Assembly (NCBI RefSeq): GCF_000485595.1
Contig: NW_014577068.1
Coordinates: 1,175,130 to 1,220,587 of the forward strand
Length of the DNA stretch: 45,458 bases
Source of the DNA: Priapulus caudatus
Taxonomy: Eukaryota
Direction: 5' to 3'
Positions 36,883-45,458 of this stretch are shown here, piece by piece. The notes beneath the pieces were generated by a model that worked only from the letters and a program-made list of their open reading frames with translations, was not told the DNA's origin and did not search any database. Every line of letters begins with the position of its first letter. Position 1 is the first letter of the stretch. The translations under genes were made by a program, and so were the position numbers.

Positions 36883-38037
36883 CAAGTGCCCATATCCGTT
36901 GGTGTCCCGCAAGGTTCTATTTTGGGGCCCCTCTTTTTTATTATGTTTATAAATGACATGTCCCTGCACATTAACAATGCCAGTATTCATATGTATGCTG
37001 ACGACTCCACCGTTGTTTTTACTGACAAATCTTTACCTAACCTGGAACAGCGTCTAAATAGCAATATGGAGGAAGTTCGTAAGTGGTGTTCTAAAAACAA
37101 AATGGTCATCAATCCATCGAAGACCAAAACCATGCTGGTCACTTCCAGACAGAAGCGTTCTACACTCTTATCCGCGGTACTCCATACTGTCTATGATGGC
37201 TCTGTTTTTCCCACCACGTCGAGTGAGAACATTTTAGGTATCCATGTTGATGATAATCTCACGTTTGAAGAACACATAATGAACGTGCACGTGCCAAGAT
37301 CTCAAAAAAGCTGGCACTGTTTTGGCGGATCAGGAAATTTCTCGACCATTGATTTCTGCCTGAAGTTTTACTTTGGCTTTGTTTTGCCTGATATTGATTA
37401 TGGTATTGTTGTGTGGGGAAATGCCGCGAATAGTTATATTGACAAAGTTTTTAACCTGCAGAAACGTTTTGCGCGGTTGATTCTAAACATTCGTAGACCT
37501 TCAGACGCACGCACTGAAGAAATCTTTTCGCAGCTAGGTTTTATGACTGTTCGCCAACGTTTTTATTACCATCGATCTTTTTTAACTTACAAAATTTTAC
37601 GTAAGCAGGCACCAGCCTATCTTGACGGTTTTTTTTAACTTTTAAACATGAAGTGAGCTCCAGGCGGACGCGTAGTGTGTGTGCAGATGAAGCGCGTTTG
37701 TATCCGCCCCGTGCACGCACTGAAATGCTACAAAAATCTTTTCGGTGTGCGGCGGCATCTGAGTGGAATGATTTACCTCCTGACGTTCGAGATGCCCCCA
37801 CCATTTATTCTTTTAAAGTCCGTCTAAAGAAAATCTTGCCCTATCAATAGGGCCCATTGTGCTCTACTTACCCCGTACAATTTTAGTCCAAGTACTTCAA
37901 CTCTTATTGTGTATTTATTTAATATTTAACCGTTCTGTTGCTTTAGACGGCCATGTGGAAGATAGGTCCGCGCCAATTTATTGTGTCTGTACCTAACATG
38001 TTTTACCGTCGTTAAATAAAGTTTTTACTTACTTACT
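36883..38037 (+). mobile_element. CR1/L2-group LINE, 3' half: RT core, C-terminus, 3' UTR and (TACT)n tail
   Basis: GVPQGSILGPLFFIMFINDM, HMYADDST, INPSKTK, LGIHVDDNL, DYGIVVWG, LQKRFARLIL, WNDLP..VR. AATAAA at 38015 followed by TACTTACTTACT. Confidence 0.92.
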
Positions 38038-38118
38038 AATCATAACGCTAACCCTAACCGTAACCGTAACCCTAACCCTAACCATAACCATAACCATATC
38101 CCTAACCCTAACCCTAAA
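38038..38118 (-). repeat. Degenerate (TAACCC)n telomere-like repeat at the start of NCX intron 4
   Basis: Direct reading. Confidence 0.9.
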
Positions 38119-38126
38119 CTACTCAC

Positions 38127-38270
38127 CACTAGACCGCCGTTAGTGGCACCAACTGCGGAACTTCTTTTGCACCACCAGTGATTATCCTGAGCAAATGCTG
38201 TGAAAACCAGTGCCGGGAAAAACAGGAATGTCACCCATGCTTCCCATGGTTCTATCTCGTTTGGAGACAC
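38127..38270 (-). CDS. Na+/Ca2+ exchanger (SLC8/NCX family) coding exon 4
   Basis: TGCAG|VSPNEIEPWEAWVTFLFFPALVFTAFAQDNHWWCKRSSAVGATNGGLV|GTGAGT; 144 nt, TM5. Confidence 0.9.
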
Positions 38271-38419
38271 CTGCAAATACATTGATTATTTCAGGAGATT
38301 TATGCAACGTGTTACTTGGATTTTCTTAACTCACGGGAAACGTTTTTAGTTTGTAACCAAAAAAAAATTACCAAAAATGTTCGTGCATAAGTTCCAAACG
38401 CGCTTACCAATCGCATTTA

Positions 38420-38525
38420 CTCATTACTCATACTTATTACTCAGTACTAGTTACTCATTACTCATTACTCATTAGTTATTACTCATTACTCATTACTCAT
38501 TAGTTATTACTCATTACTCATTACT
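38420..38525. repeat. (TTACTCA)n heptamer repeat in NCX intron 3
   Basis: Direct reading. Confidence 0.9.
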
Positions 38526-38528
38526 TAC

Positions 38529-38714
38529 CCACATCAGTGTAATCAACAACCATCCGTAAGCAAAAAACGACCAGAACGCGGTTACCAGGAAAACGCCCAG
38601 CTCTCGAATCTTTTTTACTTCTTTAGATGGCACAGACACGATACAGATGGCTGTAATAATCAGTAGATTGTAGGCAGCGGAACCGACGATGGTGAAGGTT
38701 CCTAATCCCTCCTC
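38529..38714 (-). CDS. Na+/Ca2+ exchanger coding exon 3
   Basis: CGTAG|EEGLGTFTIVGSAAYNLLIITAICIVSVP...VFLVTAFWSFFAYGWLLITLMW|GTAAGT; 186 nt. Confidence 0.93.
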
Positions 38715-39237
38715 CTACGAAACATACGTCAATCCGGTATGAACAGTGATAGCAATCAGTCGTAGGTGCATGCGCCGGTAAAATACATTATTTCAGACCA
38801 TTACTATCAAATGCTCAATTCAAAGGTACCGCTTTATTTCGGTTAGGCCCCTTTACTCGCCTAATACATTTATTTAATTCTAGAAACAGAGCAAGTACAA
38901 CTCCGGCTGACATTTTAACATTACCCTTTCAGGCGCATCACAGCTGTTAACGCAGATACATAACCAAATGTTAAGAGAAATCCGCCTAATAATTTTCACC
39001 ATTGATCCACCTATCAAATTCATATCAGGCTTAATAAAACTTACTGGCCATTTTAGTCGTTACCGTTACAAAATATTACTGTCATTAACAACAGGCAGAT
39101 CATATCAACTTGCGACCAATTTACAAACACATAAAGCCAATGTATGTGCCCGACCCGCTAGACTTAAGAAATGAATAGGTCATCGATCACTCATACGCCC
39201 TGGGCTGTAGGCTAGTAAGTAACAGATCCCTGCTTAC

Positions 39238-39399
39238 CTTAACTTCATGTCCAAGGTTTCGAGCCGTCTCGATGAGGGAGAGCATTATTTCTGGGGCACT
39301 ACTCCCCAGCGCCATCAACGTCAGGTTGGCGACGGTCTCATTCCATACAAGCACCTCCACCTCGACGCTCTGACCACTAGGTTCATCCCAGCGTACTAC
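39238..39399 (-). CDS. Na+/Ca2+ exchanger coding exon 2 (alpha-1 repeat)
   Basis: [65 protein letters not shown]; 162 nt. Confidence 0.95.
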
Positions 39400-40566
39400 C
39401 TACACATAGCACGTAGTACACTCTCAGAGAGACCCTCACACGACTCCCTGACAGCTTAGCTTATATATAGTCCTCTCCCTCCCGATCCGAACATACGGCT
39501 GCAAGAACCCCTGATAGAACATGAGTCTGCAGTGAAGGCGATAGGAGATGTACATTTTTAGGTGGGATGGGGCAAAGTGACGTGATCGCCTGAGAAATTA
39601 CGAAATTATTTTTCTTTAATGCTTTAAGAAGTGAACGACGTATAGGATAGTATTAGGCTAAAAGACAAAACTTTGTTTTATAATTTATTTAAGTTGTTTT
39701 ACGGTTATCGACATAAATAGTGGGGTGTTCTCAGTAGTCTGGGATGGCCGCGGCCCCCTTGCATCCACCCTCTTCTTCCCGGCAGGGTAAGACCTTCGGT
39801 ACTCATTTCAAAGAAACGTTTTGTGTTCATGTCATCTCTGCTCGCTCGTCAAACGCAATGGCTAGACACCGGCACATCACACGTATTTGTCGCACATTCT
39901 GATAGGGGAGATCTGGCAAGTGTTACTACAGCCCGGCTACGGCTTCAGGGTCGGGACCGCAGATTTTCAGCTATTACGATACGATGGCTCCAGATTTGCC
40001 TTCGTGCGTAGTCAGTACTACACGCTTGAAGAGATTATGGTGACCTTGCGGTTGAACCGGCTTGTTCCGTTGACTTACCGAATTCCATGCTGCGCTCTTC
40101 TTCCTGTTACAGAAAAAAAGGGTAACAAAATCAGCAATGTCCTTACCATGTTTATATCATTATTGTTATGAACCTTGAATCACTAGCGAATCATGGTAAA
40201 TGGCTGCCGTAGATGTTTATACTTCAGGATATTTTATTACTCCATCGTAAAACAGCCTACCTAAACATTGCGACCCTATTTCATCTCAGAAATGTCAATA
40301 GCGTCAAATAACAAACAACAATTTTCTACTGCAAGCGCGTCATGCGCAATAAATTATACACCATTGAATCACAGGATTTTGCCACTGACTATATTAAGTC
40401 TCAGCACTCCTCGTGTGGAAAACTGGAACTTTGTGTAATACTGCCAGTGTGAAGGTTTAATATGTCATGGAAATATATAAGAAGAGAAATCGACGTCAAC
40501 TGAATCGAGGGATTCCGCGATACACATGGGATATCATTCAGAGTAAGTGCGATTTAGTTTTCTGTT

Positions 40567-40950
40567 CCATGTTATGTGTTATGTGTTATGTTCTCATATA
40601 TACTTGTCGGTGTCCACTATACTAGATATAATAGCAAGGGCTATAGCTAGCCATGAGGTGTGACCTAGCTTGGGTAAAGCCAGGTAGGCAGCCTTTAGAC
40701 AAATGGCACTGAGGGTGGTCACAGCCAGAGTTTCTTTGCGCCCTCAGTGGTTCTTTTACGTCCCCATTGGCTAGTATTTCTGGAGGCGGGACCATAATTT
40801 TACGTGGTCATCCGAGCCACGGGAGATTCACAATCTCCAATGTTGAGAGCCAGATTTTTACACCTTGAGAAAATTCACTGCCCCGACTGGGGTTTGAACT
40901 CGCAGCATTCCGTGGATAGTGCACGATGCCTACCACTGGGCCACAGAGGC
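40567..40950 (-). mobile_element. tRNA-derived SINE with Meta-type core
   Basis: Minus strand: A box TGGCCCAGTGG, B box GAGTTCAAACC, core CTCGGATGACCACGTAAAA..GGTCCC...GGACGTAAAAGAACC and (ACATAAC)n tail. Confidence 0.75.
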
Positions 40951-43277
40951 TTTCTTGAATTAAAGTCATGTTTGAAGTAATAAGAGAACGGGAAGAAAAC
41001 ATCAAGATTCTCACGCAATTAACAATACTTAGGTGAGGATGCTTTGTTTTCTGTGGTAAAGAATTGTAGATTTTAACGCATTACTTTTAATTAGCGCTTT
41101 ATCCGTAATATTGATCAATGATGCTATAACTTACGGTCGCTTTCTGTGAAATAACACGTCGATTTCCACGAACCCAGCGCTCTCTAGCACAGAGTAGCTG
41201 TGACAAGCAAAGGAAAATTTTCCAAACTGTTCCTCTGCAAATGTAGACAAACATCGTGGATAAACCGAAAGATCCTTTACATCATATCGACAAGGAAATA
41301 ACATCAACTGACTGTGTTTTAACGTTCTTCAACGTACCTACGTTCTGCCAATATCAATATTATTTGGCGCGAACAGTTGCGTAGCAACCCATAAAGACAG
41401 TTAATTTATGTTACTAAATTATTTTGATATTTTACCTTCGATTTTTATATGTTCTGTACTTGATAAGGCTGATAACTTTGTGTTCATGTCTTGCACAAAT
41501 TTATTTAATTTTGGTTTATTGATGTTATGGAGGTATGTTTCATTGAGAACGCTGTTGATCCGTCGACCCTGGCCCAGCATTGACCGTATAGCTGCGTGAC
41601 GAAACCTAAAATATCAAAACACCTATTATAGCTAATATTTGTTATAAAATTTAATATATATTACAGAAAATTATCTCTAATTGGTAAAGGAATTTAATAA
41701 AAGTTTTGCTAAACAATTAGTTTTTTAAACTAATTGGTAAATCTAATTGGTAATCAAGGCAACGCTGTTCTGAATTAAAAACGCACACGCGCGTACGCGC
41801 ACGTGCATAATGCAGCGTAATCGCTAATCAAATATTAGGTCATTATAATGTGCTTTCATGACTGTTGCCGAGATTAGGAATCATAGAATTTCATCCTCTT
41901 TCCAGTCATGCTGCTACCGTATTGATTTGCTTTACATATGTAAGGTCATGGGAATATTGCCGTTTTGCTGTGAATTACTCTCTTCTGTACTTGCATGGCG
42001 AATGTATTCTAATCATCACATCTGATTTTTTGAAGACAGGTGTTTTTTAAGATTTGTTGGGTCGGAACCTTTTTGCGTTCTCGCCAAGATTGGAATGGTC
42101 TAACATTGTTGCAACTCTAGGTATAGGCCAATGAAGAATGTAGCCTGATTGTTCCAATTGGGAAAGGCAAATGGTTCTATGTACCCTGTGAGGAACCTTG
42201 AACAATACTGCGAAGATTACGAAATATATTTACTTCTCGTCATCTAAGCATATTTGTTTAATGACGTTTATTCCATGAAGAACTAAACATTCATTTTCTA
42301 ACTTACAGAAAATATCGTTATTAAAATTGCGCATTCTCACTGCTAAATCCAATAGATAGGCCTATACGTGTGAGTTCTCGTGTCATTACGAATTAGAATA
42401 AAATAAAATAGTGCGGCTTATATCATGGTCTCCCGAGCTCTATATTTGTGGTGTTACCCATACATATGAACTTCTGCAATTCTATACATTTCTAGATATT
42501 TCCCCTTTTGTCATAAAAAAACACAACTAGTATGTTTACCACGCCTCACAAAACCCTGTGTTTTGCCACATATTATATCGACTATTTGTAGTGGTCTTAG
42601 TGATAATGAACTGTGCCACGGTTCATGTTATTATCCTGTATGGTATTGCCAAATGTTACCCTGATAGTCTACGATATATAAGGTTGTTTTCATCGTTACA
42701 TTACTGTCATCGTGCTATTGACATTAGAGACAATCTGTGTCGTGGAATGTATGTACTTTATTTAGTCGACGAAATTGCGATTGTGTAAGTTAGCGAAATG
42801 GTTCGATAGCTGAAACAGCATCACATAGCAAACGCACACAGGTGATAATGCGAGAATGTTAAACACTTACCAGCGTTCCCTGCGTGTACATGAAGTCCTT
42901 TCCTATAGTGGCTGAACCTTCCCTCGTTTCATAGTCAATTGTCACGACGCCCATATACCGTTCTTCGTCTTCCTATTGATAACACATTAGGCACTTATGG
43001 TCACATATCTAGTGCTCTAGCACACGTGCCTCCGTATCGGGAAGACACCCTAGTTAGACCATGGCGAGCGCCAGTAAAGAGGACGACATGAGACGACAAC
43101 AGTATTAAAGCAATAGTAAATCCATGCGCCGGTGTGTATTGAATATAGGAGTGGGTTCAGCGGAACAAAATGTACACAAAAGTCGATTTTATAGTAGCCC
43201 TCACCATCAGGTTTCTCACTATTTCCACGCATTTCTATTATGTATTTACATATGTGCACGCGTGTACGTGTGTGCAC

Positions 43278-43319
<42 letters not shown>

Positions 43320-43329
43320 NNNNNNNNNN

Positions 43330-43605
43330 CGTCCGTGTACGTGTCAGTGTCCGTGTCCGTGTCCGTGTCCGTGTCCGTGTCCGTGTCCGTGTCCGTGTCC
43401 GTGTCCGTGTCCGTGTCCGTATCCGTGTCCGCGTTTGCGTCTGCGTCTACGTCTGTGTCCGTGTACGTGTTAGTGTCCGTGTACGTGTCCGTGTCCGTGT
43501 CCGTGTCCGTGTCCATGTCCGTGTCCGTGTCCGTGTCCGTGTCCGTGTCCGTGTCCGTGTCCGTGTCCGTGTCCGTGTCCGTGTCCGTGTCCGTGTCCGT
43601 GTTCG
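43330..43605. repeat. (GTCCGT)n hexamer microsatellite, preceded by (GT)n and an N gap
   Basis: Direct reading. Confidence 0.95.
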
Positions 43606-43748
43606 TGTGCGGGGAGCATGGATGGGTATGTATGTGCTCGGTGACGCCAAAACGTCTTTCCTGTTGATATGCATGCAATACAATTCTCTAATGCACATGT
43701 ATTGTCATTCAGTCGTCGTCAGCGCGTCGAGCGTTCGCATGCATCTAC

Positions 43749-43982
43749 CTTTTTCTTGCGGCTGGTGATCACCTCGATACTGCACATGAACGCGTCCGAC
43801 GTGATCGCGATGCCCACGAACACGTACATCATCGCCACAATGTAGAGAATCCCCCGCAGCCACACGGGCCATAGGTTCTCGCCGGGAAGCAGAAGCCAGC
43901 TCGTGCAGACTCTCTCGTCGCTGTCGAGCAGCTCGACGACGTAGCCGCGGGAGCCGTTGAACGTCGTCAGCGCGTGCTTCAT
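43749..43982 (-). CDS. Na+/Ca2+ exchanger coding exon 1
   Basis: MKHALTT...[59 protein letters not shown]; 234 nt, phase 0, joins exon 2 in frame. Confidence 0.92.
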
Positions 43983-44661
43983 ACCGACGTCGTTGTCCTA
44001 GCGTCGGTTGAAGACCGTGGCGGGACCGTGTGACAGTTAATCCTTCGCAACACGAGCGTGAGTTCTCACAACGGCGCACTCGTCACTAAATTTAACCATT
44101 CGAATCTAGTATCGCGTACGCAGGCATACTTTGTATCGTTCGCAGGCGGGACGTATACGGACTACACAAACTTTCGCCGACTCGCATGCCTGTTCTGTGG
44201 CGTTTTTGATGTCGCTCGCCGCGTCACAAATGTGCAACGAGAGATGCATGCTCGGCACTACCGTGCAGTGCATGTGCTGTTCAATCACCAGACATACGGC
44301 AGGAGCGCCGTGCGAGGCACGTGCGAAAATCCATCGATACATACATATCGATAAATGTTCAACGGTTTAGTAGTAATACTCGACACTGGACCTTGACGTC
44401 GTGATTCGACTGCACTCTCCAGCTTACGTAGGGAGCAGGCAAATGAAACACATTAATTTGATCGTTATATGTGCAAGTACATGAAAACACATCCAAATGA
44501 CACGATGTTTCTTAATGATGTGTGATTCTTCACTCAGTGTATCTTCTTCCACAGTTAAAGCCACTTGTGCACCGCCTGCAATCTATTCGTTATGACGCTT
44601 CCTTGGGCGTGTATTGCTGATACTAACATGACGTTACAATCGATATAATATATACATATAT

Positions 44662-44662
<1 letters not shown>

Positions 44663-44739
<77 letters not shown>
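44663..44739. repeat. (CA)n microsatellite
   Basis: Direct reading. Confidence 0.95.
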
Positions 44740-44743
<4 letters not shown>

Positions 44744-45458
44744 CAAGTAAGTATACTGATTGCTGTTTTACAGTAGTTAAAATTACGATGCATCTGAGCA
44801 ATTATGAATTTTTGTTCACACCAAAATTGCTCACTATGTACATATACTACATCAGATATAACATTCAGGTGTATTTTGTTTATATCGAACTGTACTGTAA
44901 AATACAAAGTATAATTCCACAATTTAGAATGAATAAAACCGTAACTGTATTTTGTCAAAAAATTTCTAGTTTTATTTGCTACTGACATAGTCACTTTAAC
45001 GCACCTAGCCGTGGGCATGATTAAGTGCATGTGCATTCATTTTATATCTATAATTACGATGACTAGCGCATGCACTTCATCGATCTTCCTCTATCGATTG
45101 TACTAATTAAATAGAATTCTGTGCTTAAGGCATGGCGTCAGGCATCGCTCTCTATAAGGCAATATGTAATCAGAGGTGTATTTCGCTAAGAATGTCGGCG
45201 TTCTCCGCGAAATATGCCACCGGGGCTATAAGGGACCAATACTATGTCACTGAAAGTACTGTATATATAGAAAATATATTGTGTTAAGTAGGAATAATAG
45301 TTTCCCATTGCGGAAAACGTGTATACGAGAAGGATAAAAAATAAACAACTAAAAGCTACCTGTCCATATCCCTAGAGGTATTTTAGAAACCAAGTATTTG
45401 GTGTAAACGCTGAGCCCTAGTATATGCATTAATATATATATATATATATAACTGCCTT

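Noticed and set aside
40875..40950. tRNA gene
   Set aside because: A/B boxes are present, but they are followed by a SINE core and repeat tail, and there is no convincing cloverleaf or T-run terminator.
43124..43768. VR/DT/CP dipeptide ORFs
   Set aside because: These are translations of (GTCCGT)n and (GT)n across an N gap.

Overview
This is gene-poor, repeat-rich eukaryotic (most likely invertebrate animal) genomic DNA from a draft assembly, with three N gaps and long indel-riddled stretches. It holds one complete 10-exon SLC22 (organic ion transporter, MFS) gene on + (CDS 22431-28711, 581 aa). There is also an indel-damaged paralog (exons 4-10, 3954-7040), a damaged duplicate of exons 1-4 (12000-15164) and an orphan exon-7 fragment. 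The first four coding exons of an SLC8/NCX Na+/Ca2+ exchanger lie on - (43982-38127). Mobile elements include an internally deleted Academ (XPG-nuclease/Cys8) DNA transposon with TIRs and a 3-bp TSD, a CR1/L2-group LINE, a tRNA-derived Meta-core SINE and several MITEs. Two observations stand out. First, a clean reciprocal ~6.3-kb inversion (30560-36856) splits a LINE, a MITE and a 32-bp palindrome at a 6-bp ATTATA microhomology and interrupts the NCX gene. Second, four tiny CA...TG hairpin elements with 7-8-bp target duplications look like P-element-family remnants or excision footprints, and one of them forms the inversion breakpoints. Much of 1-15300 is redundant with other parts of the window and is probably haplotype or uncorrected-read duplication.
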